DNA of 63,944 nucleotides, the filler included, from Lenisia limosa (lineage: Eukaryota; Protista; Breviatea): NCBI GenBank assembly GCA_001655205.1. It is 13 parts of 13 records of this genome, joined end to end, with 100 filler letters (N's around TTAATTAATTAA, not from the genome) between each part and the next. Parts side by side here need not be neighbours in the genome. Positions count along the whole stretch, not along the records: positions 42,136 to 57,867 come from LPNZ01009211.1; positions 57,968 to 59,154 come from LPNZ01001372.1; positions 59,255 to 60,667 come from LPNZ01001021.1; positions 60,768 to 63,944 come from LPNZ01009316.1; 9 more parts are not named here. One strand, written 5' to 3'. The translations under genes and the position numbers were made by a program. Each line of letters begins with the position of its first letter. The first letter of the stretch is position 1. A model generated the notes under the pieces. The model did no database searches and was not told where the DNA came from. It saw only the letters and a list, made by a program, of their open reading frames with translations. Shown piece by piece: positions 50,701 to 61,607 of the stretch.

Positions 50701-53700
50701 AAGTCCATATTCTCCACAAATGACACGAGGTTGTCTGCTGCCGTATCCCTGGCGTTTTCGGCTTCCTGGGGGGGGGGGGGAGNNNNNNNNNNNNNNNNNN
50801 NNNNNNNNNNNNNNNNNNNNNNNNNNNNNNNNNNNNNNNNNNNNNNNNNNNNNNNNNNAAACCTACCAGCCTTCCAAGACAAATTATTTTCCACCTTTTC
50901 CCTTACCTCCAAACTAACAATTAGTACCCAGACTATACCCCCCCGACCTGGGATTCTGGCAGCCATGCTGGAGTTGCCTTCTTTTTCTTGCTAATTTCGT
51001 GAAAATTGAAAATACTATGTTAGTTTTTGACCGCTGAAAAACCGTCTAAATAGCCAATTTGTTTGAATTAAGAATCTTGTTACTAAGGGTTTATAGAGGG
51101 AGTATACAATTGATGATTTAACGTTTTCAGAGTTTCAGGAGCTGTTACATTATTACCATTAGGTATGCCTCATAGTATATGTAAAGCGCTATGGCGCGTA
51201 TTGCAAAAGGGGTGTAGCAGGTTCACCCCCACCCTCACCCCTCGAGTCTGCTTGATCGGCTTTGCGCTTTTGGTCTTGGTGGTAGATCACGGTTGCTGGG
51301 TGCTGCAGAAGATATCCGTGATTCCTGATATGGTAAGTTGCCTTTCACGAAAATCCAATGTTAAAGTGTTACGTTAAGTTTTCCTTGATAATATTTTTTT
51401 TTGATATTTCAGTGTATTTTGGGACAAACCTCTGGAGATGCTTGGAGGGGTGTCTCACTGTGTTGGTCAGAATTGGCGGCGGGGGTATTGGAAAGTATGA
51501 AACGATAAAGCCCAAAATCATCTTTGCTGGCAATAGTTGACAAACATACGAGGGNNNNNNNNNNNNNNNNNNNNNNNNNNNNNNNNNNNNNNNNNNNNNN
51601 NNNNNNNNNNNNNNNNNNNNNNNNNNNNNNNNNNNNNNNNNNNNNNNNNNNNNNNNNNNNNNNNNNNNNNNNNNNNNNNNNNNNNATTTGAGTAGACGGC
51701 CTGATTATTTCTGACCTCTTCACTCGCTGTTGTTCAATGAACTACAAAGTCAGTCGTGTACATGGTTCAAAAAGAGTGGTTTAATATGATATACATACGC
51801 TTAGGGCTTCATTTCAAAGCCACAGAGATGTTTTTACGAGCAAAAGAAATAAACCTGGGGATACGCATAGGGATTCACCAAAACAAATAAACAGAGGGGA
51901 TCAACATAAGACTTGCCCCATGCCCCCTCCACCTTTTCCCTCCGATCCTGCTCATCATGAACCTTGGCATTGTGTTCGTTTGCAATTTCCTTTTTGGCAA
52001 CTGAATGTGGGTGATGCAAAGACCAAAAATGCTAAGTCTGCAGGATATGACAAAAGTCACATTCCAAATACGTAGAAATGATTAACAAACCATAGATTGC
52101 ATCCTAAATAAGATAATGGACCATGTGACAAGACAAATACAGACGCTCAAAAGGACTGTGCAAAATATCCCTTGTAATACAGTGTACGAATATCTAACAG
52201 ACTTTTAAGTAGAATTTCAAACCCATATCTATATACTATATAATACACTATGATACGATCATACATTTTATCACACAGTGGTGGATAACTCACTCCATGG
52301 AAAATGTTAGTTCACATAATATGTAGCTGTGCGAAAATGTCCTGACTGCGTATCGTATGATATGATTTGTAGAAATGCGATACAAATAAGGCAGCATCTA
52401 GCCGAATCCGTCCACACAATTACGCTTATAAGAAATAATATTGATAACTATAAAAATATATGTAAGCAACGTAGCTTTAGTATATATCACCTGATCCAAT
52501 CCAGCACAAAAGACCGAAAGAAGCCTAACAGACGACTCACACAAACTCTCAAAAACACAGAAATGAATGCAAATACTGATGCCTTTCCACAAAGATAACT
52601 GTCACGCCCACCCCCCTCCCACCCGCAAGGTCATGGAGGAACTTCTTGTGCTTCACCAGTGCTGCGTTGGTGGCTGAAACCGTGAATTATCTCTATTACT
52701 GACTACCACAGCATCGTATTATTCACTATTATTCACTCTCCTTATCCAATATAATCCAATATAATCCAATTAAAGAGTCCTTGGCCATCAAACATTCTCA
52801 ACACATTATTTGGGTAGTCTTCAAAAACATTACATAAGTCTCAAATACGAAGCCAACCTTTTGCTTTCCTATCTTGGTACATCTTCTCGACCAGGGACGA
52901 GCTCTCGGTTTCCCTTCTAAAATAAGGTGAATAATGCTTGGTCCCTTCAGAAAAGAGGGTATAAGGCTAGCTGTTTCCCCTTTAAAAATGGTGTTAATAG
53001 GGTATATTGTGCGATGTAATATTATTAAGATAAATTATCTGATGAGCAAAGTTAAACAGGATTTCAAAACCCCCTAATTGATTATATTTCACCTACCAGA
53101 GGACACCATAACACCAAAATCATCAGTATTGCTGTACACCCCACGCAACATGGCTAGTCGACATGCAAACACATATCGATCTGTAGAATATACCCAAACT
53201 GTATATTACGTACACAGAGCATTATACACACCCTTTTATATGGTCCAATCGCGGATTTGACGTTGAGCCATGTCCTCCACCAGCCTAACTTGTCAAAAAA
53301 GGAGAGAAAGCTAAAGCACAAAACGGTACAGACCAATTGGTGACAATAATTGATATTTCACCCTTCAACAAACCTTCCACGCAGTGCTACTTGAGCTTGG
53401 AGTTACTCTAAATTTTAATTAGTGGGTGGGGGGATGAAACAAAATACAATTTACGTATTCGAAGAGCTAATGTTGATATTGGCACAGCACACAACCCGTC
53501 CGCCTTCACCTTCCATCATTGGTGAGAGCAGGACATAGCAAGACCGATTTAAAGGTAATTGTCGCATCATTTGCAGCGGAGGACCTTGAGGAGTTAGATG
53601 GGGGGGGGGGGGNNNNNNNNNNNNNNNNNNNNNNNNNNNNNNNNNNNNNNNNNNNNNNNNNNNNNNNNNNNNNNNNNNNNNNNNNNNNNNNNNNNNNNNN

Positions 53701-53930
53701 NNNNNNNNNNNNNNNNNNNNNNNNNNNNNNNNNNNNNNNNNNNNNNNNNGGTACAGAAATATACCATATCGACATGCACGAAAGACTGTAATCTTTTTAA
53801 AAAACAAACAAAGACACACACCCCTCTATCCAAATACTTCACCCAACCTTGGAGCTGATGAGACCGATCCAGAGTTCTGCCCCGCCATGATCGCAGGTTA
53901 GCGTCAGTTATGCGAAGGGCCAATCACAAG
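47760..53930 (-). CDS. Long multi-exon gene or genes, unidentified (charged and Pro-rich segments)
   Basis: Series of short GT-AG exons, e.g. ATNAALVKHKKFLHDLA, VAKKEIANEHNAKVHDEQDRREK, ESRISSAAPSNRDLPPRPK, EAENARDTAADNLVSFVENMDFDA, HSLLDAIPDRPPTPPESP, EEERDPLANLMYLTEKMP, ILREGQSAAPLLQW...RITIIAEDSV; continuity not fully verified because of gaps. Confidence 0.45.
48075..48225. repeat. ~37-bp tandem repeat x4
   Basis: GGAATCAAGCATGCATTGCCGGCTACGCAAAGATTT(A/G), no spacers. Confidence 0.9.
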
Positions 53931-54324
53931 GAGAGAAGCTGTCAACTTTGGTCCTTCTTCTCTGTTTTATAATCTTCTACCAGCACTTATCTCAGCAGAA
54001 AGAGGCACGGAGAGAGNNNNNNNNNNNNNNNNNNNNNNNNNNNNNNNNNNNNNNNNNNNNNNNNNNNNNNNNNNNNNNNNNNACACCCCCCATGGTGCTG
54101 TTTATTCGTTTGCTTCACAAAACTTAATTGACAATTGATTGACACCGAGGCCTACTTTATTAATTGATTTAATTGGAGGAGAATGCCACAAGAAGTTCCA
54201 ATTTTGATTCTGCCCCCAAAGTTGGAGTTTGACGTGAAATTTGTAGGCTTATGGGTTGTCACTAGGACTCCAAAGTGTATTGACAGCAGTTACCAGGTAA
54301 ATGCCATTTTGAATTGACCAAACA

Positions 54325-54408
54325 TACTCCCCCATCTTTTTCTGCTAAACTCTCTGCCAGCTTACGCCCCCATCTTTTTCTGCTAAACTCTCTGCCAGCT
54401 TACTCCTC
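54325..54408. repeat. ~39-bp tandem duplication
   Basis: CCCCATCTTTTTCTGCTAAACTCTCTGCCAGCTTAC x2. Confidence 0.9.
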
Positions 54409-55177
54409 TAGATCGAGAAATCGCAGCAGCTAGTGATATATAACCCGTTCGACTTTGCTCTCTTTTTTGAGGTGGGTTAGCATACATCGTTTTGCCATTT
54501 GATCAGCTGAGATTTTGTCTTAGCTGGTTACACAACCTTAGCTTCTCTTGTGACATTCTGCTATTAAAGAGAAGTTATGGCACAGATTTCCTGTTGTAAT
54601 TTCAACTTGGACGTCAATAAAGACAAACCCTCATATTTTTTTTTTGCTTTTGGGTTTGAAGGAATACAAGAAAGTATCTGCCCGAAGTTCTGTGAAGTCA
54701 TAATAGTCCTTATCTTCTAAGTGTACTTATAGTATTGTGCGCTTACTTTTCTGTCAGAGGGCTAATAGCTCATGTATGTACTTGGATTCTATCTGTGCAT
54801 CTTGTCACAAGTGTGCTTTTTATCATAAGATGTGTTTTATGAATATGATATGATGTATATATATAGTATATATAATTTATCACTATACACTGTGATTACA
54901 AGGGCTCAAAATAGACTGAATTTCTCGGTAAATCCTGGTTAAACATCAACGGTCTTTTTTTGGACCGCAGGGGAGCTCAAGTTAATGCTGTGCTCATACT
55001 CCAGCTCAAAGCAAACGACCCCTCCAAAGTGGGTGTTTCAGACCACTCCAATCAGATCAAGCCCAAGTCAACTTACACCGTGTCTGTGGGGAATATGGGG
55101 AGGGGGGTGACGTGTACTTTCTTAAATTGCCACAAAACAGACCACTTTTTTTAATTTTGCTTCAACCAATAAACACG

Positions 55178-55367
55178 CCAATTGTACCGCAACACATCTA
55201 GATGAGCCAAACAGTAGCGCAACACATCTAGATGAACCAAACAGTACCGCAACACATCTAGATGAGCCAAACAGTAGCGCAACATATCTTGATGAGTCAA
55301 TTGTACCGCAACACACTAGATGAGCCAAACAGTACCGCAACAAATCTAGATGAGCCAATTGTAGCCA
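55178..55367. repeat. 29-30-bp tandem repeat, about 6 units
   Basis: CGCAACACATCTAGATGAGCCAAACAGTA(C/G); reads ATHLDEPNS(T/S) in one frame. Confidence 0.9.
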
Positions 55368-55464
55368 GGATCGTTTTTTCGTGTTATACTGATTTATTGA
55401 GTCTGGGATACAGTGGTACTGTGAGAATCTTCCCCATTCATCGAAAGATAATTTTAACTCTACA

Positions 55465-57062
55465 GAGATGTCAACTTGAAGAGCATTCTTCCCCTAGGGT
55501 CATCCTTCAAACTTCTGTGTCAGGTAAGGGGGGCGGCGGCTGCATGTTTCCTCTTATTAAGGGTGGGTGTGTATGTACAACACACATACTCTACATAAGG
55601 ATTTTCGTTTGTATCTTTCTACTCTGTAACCCCCCCCCCCCNNNNNNNNNNNNNNNNNNNNNNNNNNNNNNNNNNNNNNNNNNNNNNNNNNNNNNNNNNN
55701 NNNNNNNNNNNNNNNNNNNNNNNNNNNNAGTCATTCCTGGGGAGGTGGTTGTCCACAAACGAGAAAAGGCTGTTTCCGAACAAAAAAGTGGAGGTTGGAG
55801 TGGGCTGTACCGGGTTATACGTCCTAAAAGGTTTATTGTAGGATATTTTGGTTTTAAAAATATAATTTGGGTTTCACCTCGGAATCAAATAGAGTGAATT
55901 TTACAATCTTCGTCAAGTTGAGTATTTATGAAAACCCTGTCTTTTACTAGAAGCAAGAGAAAATCTTAACACGATTGTTGATTCATGGATTTAGCCGCAC
56001 GAAGAGGCGCCAGCATTGCTTCCTATATCCCTTTGGTGATTGCGGCATCCATAGTGTTTGCTATCCCACCGCCGGCACCGTAGGGAGGGGGGTGAGATGA
56101 TGATTACTTTGTTCAATCCGCTGTTTCAACATATGACTGGTGGGGTATAGTTAGTCTTATCTTTTTTCAATCACGATGCAAAATGAAAAAGGGACTACTT
56201 GATTATTGTATCTGTTTTCATTTTGCTGGATGCTTTGCTGTGTCTTAAACTACATGTATTTTATCTTGGCATCAACTTCCCCATAAGATTTTTCTTTAAC
56301 AGCCAGGGGCGCCGATGTGATAAGTCAAAATCTCGGCACGTGGCTAGCCTTCCTAATCGGGCTAGCCTCAATGTGGCTCAAGGCTGCAGTGGAAAGTGCT
56401 GACATATGAAGCGTTATGATGTGGCGTGGGGGTGTTCGCTTTAAGACTTTATGGGTTTTTTTTGATTATTTTTTTTTTTCCCTGATTTTTCTTTTTCTAT
56501 ATTTTGTCACTTTCATTCCAAATAACCACCAAATATGTCAACAATTCCACGTGACACGGGTCAAACCTCACACCCGGGATGGTGTTACTACTCACTACTC
56601 ACTACCTTTTTGTGAAATAACAGTGCAAAAACATCTCAGTTATGAGATTAAAACTCATCATAACGGCATCGCTGGGGGAGCTCTGCGGTTCTGTCCCGGA
56701 AGAGACGAAGGGGGATGTAACGTGGTTTATTGTCAAACAAATCAGAGGAATTATCACAATTTCATTTGAATGAAAATAAACTTGTTATATTGTGGTGAGA
56801 TTAGAAGATATGTCAAGGAATTGTTGAGATTTGGAATTGTTGAGATTTGGTTTGGGTAAGTTGCTTTTTATTTTGTCTTTGGTTTTTGTTTTATTGATTT
56901 CATAGTTGTTTTTTAAAGTTTTTTCTCTCCCTTTTCTTGTTTTCAATAAATGAATGGATGTCGATCAAACCTTCCGTTATTAACACTATAGATCTTTGAA
57001 CTACTTGGCCTAGCCGGTTGTAATGGGACCTTCAACCAACTTCACCAAAAACAATGTCAGAT
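55465..57062 (+). CDS. Scattered plus-strand exons of an unknown gene
   Basis: DVNLKSILPLGSSFKLLCQ|GTAAGG, SFLGRWLSTNEKRLFPNKKVEVGVG, IFELLGLAGCNGTFNQLHQKQCQM|GT. Confidence 0.3.
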
Positions 57063-58013
57063 GGTAATTTAGGCTACTATGTACTCTTTTCTTAAAGTCT
57101 ATCACGCGAGTGCGGGTATTACACACTACCGTATGTATTAATTCAGCGTGATGTTGAAATTGGAGGATATTAGAACTATAGGTGGCGGGATATAAAAATT
57201 GATTAAGTAGAGGTGTTGAAAGGTTCTAATAATATAGAGTTGCGCATACAGCATACCAATGTTTTGGTACACTAGCCCACTCTATAATATTGGCTCTATT
57301 GGTATTCCAGCTTCCATAAACAAAAACCATGCATCAAATAGCATCGTCGTATAATCTTAAAACAAGTTTGTGGAGATACGCTCTGGCTGGACTCCTTGAA
57401 TATGCGCAGATTTTCTCATTGACATTACTCGTAAATTGGATTGTCGTCGGGACTTGAGGCGGATTTGGCCCTATGTGGTTATCCAGCAACATCTCACGGT
57501 ATGGTTCAGAGATGAGAAATAATGGTTTTATCTGGCTGAGGCCGTCCACCACGTTTTAAAGAGATTGGAAAATGAATTTATCTGAATATTGGATTGGCTG
57601 CAATATGCAATATCTTGGACAATTATTATAAACAACCTCTAATATATTTTCTCCAGACTATAGAGAAGGCTTAGTCATACCTATCAGCAGGGTGCCGCAT
57701 GAATTCGTTTCCAATCGCATTGGTACTTTTCCTACTATGTCAACGCTGCTCGATAGTACTGTTAGACAACGCTGCTCGATAGTACTGTCAGACAACTGCT
57801 GTTGACGAAGATCATTAAATAGAACACTATAATATGTAGGCTTCACTTTGGTCCAAAATAATACCGANNNNNNNNNNNNNNNNNNNNNNNNNNNNNNNNN
57901 NNNNNNNNNNNTTAATTAATTAANNNNNNNNNNNNNNNNNNNNNNNNNNNNNNNNNNNNNNNNNNNNCCAGTCCGTCCTCAACATGCCCCGTTTGTACCC
58001 ATTTCCGCTCAGA

Positions 58014-58199
58014 CCCCCTCCGTCTCCCCCGGCGCTACACCAACACCCTGCTGAAGATTGTCTCCACTCCTCCCAGCGTCCAAAGTCCCGGTAACCTCAG
58101 TGCTCATTGGAAGGCTGAACCCGTCCGTGTGACCGGCGACATTCCGCCGCCCATGGCGTACTCGACTCTGACCGCGGTGGACTTGGACGGGACCCCAGG
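58014..58199 (+). CDS. Exon with kelch-repeat-like signature
   Basis: ...HWKAEPVRVTGDIPPPMAYSTLTAVD... resembles the W....tG..P.Pr..hs.t.v kelch blade; GT donor follows. Confidence 0.5.
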
Positions 58200-59451
58200 T
58201 TTGAGGAAATAGTGGTTCACTTCAGTTTGAAAAAAGACTGAATTTTTCGATGTATCCTCAAAAACTATCAATATTTTACTTGTCTTTTTCGAACCGAAGT
58301 GAAGCCCTACTCGTGGATTGTTATTTGGTTCTACTCTTTATTTATACGATTTCGATTCCATAACTTGCTTTTTGGGGTGAAATTAGACTGTTTACTTCAA
58401 AACCCTGTTTTTTATCATTCTTCTTATTATTCTTATAATTATTTTCTTTCTTGTGGTAACGGAACCTCACTCAGCAACATCCACTCCATTTCATAGCATT
58501 TCCTCAAACTCTTTTTTAACGCAGTTGCAGTTGTCAACTATCTGTCCGATGTGGCTGATAGTGTACAGCTACAAACAAGGCCTGTAATTGGGCCATGGGG
58601 TCCTCGGCTATCACTTGAGCGGAAGTGAAACTAACCCTTCTTTAGGTCCACAATGAAACTATACAACCTGCATATAAAAATGCCTTCCCCGCATTTCCGA
58701 TACAATTTGAGGCCAACAAGGCTTTGAAGGGTATTAAGCAAGCTGAAAAAGTAAACTCCACCAAAAAGAGAATAACAAAGGGTAAAAGTAACCGCAAAAA
58801 GAGAATAACAAAGGGTAAAAGTGACGGCAAACATAACAACACACACAATTACAACTACCCTAATCCTCCTCATCATCCTTTGTCAGTGGCGGAGCTGTTG
58901 AAGAGCTGGAGGGCCGCTTTATGACGTTGTTTACTCGGTTTCTATTTTGTTAATCAAAATAGGAAGAGAAAAAGACAAAAAAAAAACTGCATAGTTTCAG
59001 TTGTACCAGTAAATATATTAGACACACCATGAGGAAATTATCACGATAAATCACAAGAGTGCCTCCAAGTGCGGGACATCCAGTGAAGATTCATATACTA
59101 CGAGAATAATAAAGGATAACTGTGTATTACCTTGATGTTGCTGGGTGTTGTTCTNNNNNNNNNNNNNNNNNNNNNNNNNNNNNNNNNNNNNNNNNNNNTT
59201 AATTAATTAANNNNNNNNNNNNNNNNNNNNNNNNNNNNNNNNNNNNNNNNNNNNTGCAGTTTTTCTAGTTAAGTGTGTATTTTGCTAATACCCCAGCCCC
59301 CTAATCTATACTAATACTCCCCTATCATGGTTTATTAACCACCACCCCTGGCCTAGGCTTTGTTTGATTTGTTGTTCGCAGCCCTTGTGTGTTGTCAACG
59401 GAGCCAATTTCGGCTTTTTTGTTTCATAAATTTTCCAATTTTCTCCCCCAG

Positions 59452-59543
59452 AAACATCCTTTTTGAAGAGGAGGTAGACTCGCCTCCACTGCTGGGTTCG
59501 CAGCAGAGTACTCCGGAGAGGTCCATGTCCGCTCCCGTCCCGA
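59452..59543 (+). CDS. Isolated exon, unknown protein
   Basis: NILFEEEVDSPPLLGSQQSTPERSMSAPVP between a repeat-C acceptor (CCCCCAG) and a GTGGGG donor. Confidence 0.45.
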
Positions 59544-61504
59544 TGTGGGGGGGGGGTGGAATACATGATGATTACCCATATCCACAGGTGATATGATCAT
59601 ATGGCGGACTTTCAAGTCGAAATGATGAACCCTAGAAAGTATCAATGGAGAAACTGAGGGAGGAGTATGGAATCAGTAAATCAGTGAGATCCTTAACTCT
59701 TTGGAAAATGAAAATCAAGATTTCTATGATACGAGGGGGGGCCCTTATTAGTTTCTTATCTTCCCATATCCTTTTTCTTTCACCAATTGACCCATGTTAG
59801 GCCCACAGAGGACAACGTCTAAGCGATTGTACCGTTTAGAGCCTAGGCAAGGTAGTGTGACGAATGTAGATCTTCTTCTTTTTTTGTTTTTGTGTTTAAT
59901 TTGACACAACGGAGTTGGAAAGGGGTCGAGTGGGTTGAAGGTATCCCCCTCTCCCTCTCAAGTTAGAATTCTATTCATGCCCAATTCTGTATTCAAGGGG
60001 GGGGGGGACGAAGGAAATTTTGATGAAGAGTATTGGCGAAGGTACAAATAATTATCAGAAACTCCCCTTATACTGAAAGAACTATTATAAAAAGGACTCT
60101 TCCTGGTGCGGATTTGTGTTTTGAGTTGTTCAGAGAAGCATTTTCGGTAAAATAAGACCACCAAAATGCGAATAACGAAGGCTTCACTTCGGTTCGAGAA
60201 AACATCGATAGCTTTGGAGGATTTATTGAAAGATTCAGTCATTTTTCAAACCAAAGTGCAGCCCTACTAAGATAAAGTCTATTTAAAGTAATGCTTCTGC
60301 AGCAGCATCTCACACTGTTTAACCTGTTGGAGTATTTGCCCGTAAAGGACTAGGGCTTCACTTGGGTCCCAAAAAACCCGGTAAAATATCGATAGTAATC
60401 GAGGATTTATCGAGAAATAGTTGTATCGAAATGCGAATTATTTTCAATTGGAAGTTTCTGTGAATAAGACAAACAATCCATTTAAAAGTAGTGTACAGTG
60501 AAAGAAACAGTTTTAGACCAAATAGACCCCAATAAGAGGAAGGAAGGGGAAGGGGGGTGGCGAAAAGACCTAGTACGTTTGGGGGGTTTCGACGATGACG
60601 TTCATTTCGGCCCCTGACCTGAGGAGTGAGAAATGGAAATACAAATAGGCGAGAAAGGGTGGTAAAANNNNNNNNNNNNNNNNNNNNNNNNNNNNNNNNN
60701 NNNNNNNNNNNTTAATTAATTAANNNNNNNNNNNNNNNNNNNNNNNNNNNNNNNNNNNNNNNNNNNNGGCCAGATAGAAACTTATTGTATTTCTCATTGC
60801 TATATCATATCATATAGCTACTATAGTAAGTTATATAATGTATAGCTATAACCTATAATATATCAATTTTTACTGATTGTAACAGAGACTACTAAGATCT
60901 GCGAGAAGGTGGATATATGTACTCTTTATCAAGAAATTTATCGACGTCCATTGGGAAGCCTCAGCTACATAATCTACGTACATTGGGAAGCCCTAGCGAC
61001 ATAATTAACATATCCTCAGATTCTATTATATTGTCTCATTCAACAAATGTTTTTTTCTTCCACCCCCCCCCCCCCNNNNNNNNNNNNNNNNNNNNNNNNN
61101 NNNNNNNNNNNNNNNNNNNNNNNNNNNNNNNNNNNNNNNNNNNNNNNNNNNNNNNNNNNNNNNNNNNNNNNNNNNNNNNNNNNNNNNNNNNNNNNNNNNN
61201 NNNNNNNNNNNNNNNNNNNNNNNNNNNNNNNNNNNNNNNNNNNNNNNNNCAATAGGTATTTCGTGCATCACGGTCACTTCCAAAAGAAATAAAAAAACAA
61301 TGATATTTAGATTCCACCACGGTTCGAAAAAACCCTAAACATAACGACAGCTTTCGAGGATTTATCTAGAAATACAGTCTTCGAACCTAAGTGAGGCCCT
61401 AATCAGAGGTGGTATTCACTGTAACTTCACAAATAACGCCACACCCCATCGTAGCGATACCCCCCCCTCATTCTCCCAATTCTCCCCACTACCTAATTAC
61501 CCCA

Positions 61505-61607
61505 CACACACCTCCACAGTGGCCTCATTGACATCAAATCCGACAGCAATGGCGGCCTTGAGAAGGTCGACTTTGCCGTGAAGAATAAAAGCGTAGGCTG
61601 CTGGCAG
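61505..61607 (-). CDS. Exon with ankyrin-repeat-like signature
   Basis: LPAAYAFILHGKVDLLKAAIAVGFDVNEAT resembles ank consensus (a..G..d.vk.Ll..GaDvN); C-run acceptor. Confidence 0.45.

Noticed and set aside
48075-55367. CRISPR-like arrays (37-bp and 30-bp repeats)
   Set aside because: Units are directly tandem with no unique spacers, there are no cas genes, and the context is eukaryotic.
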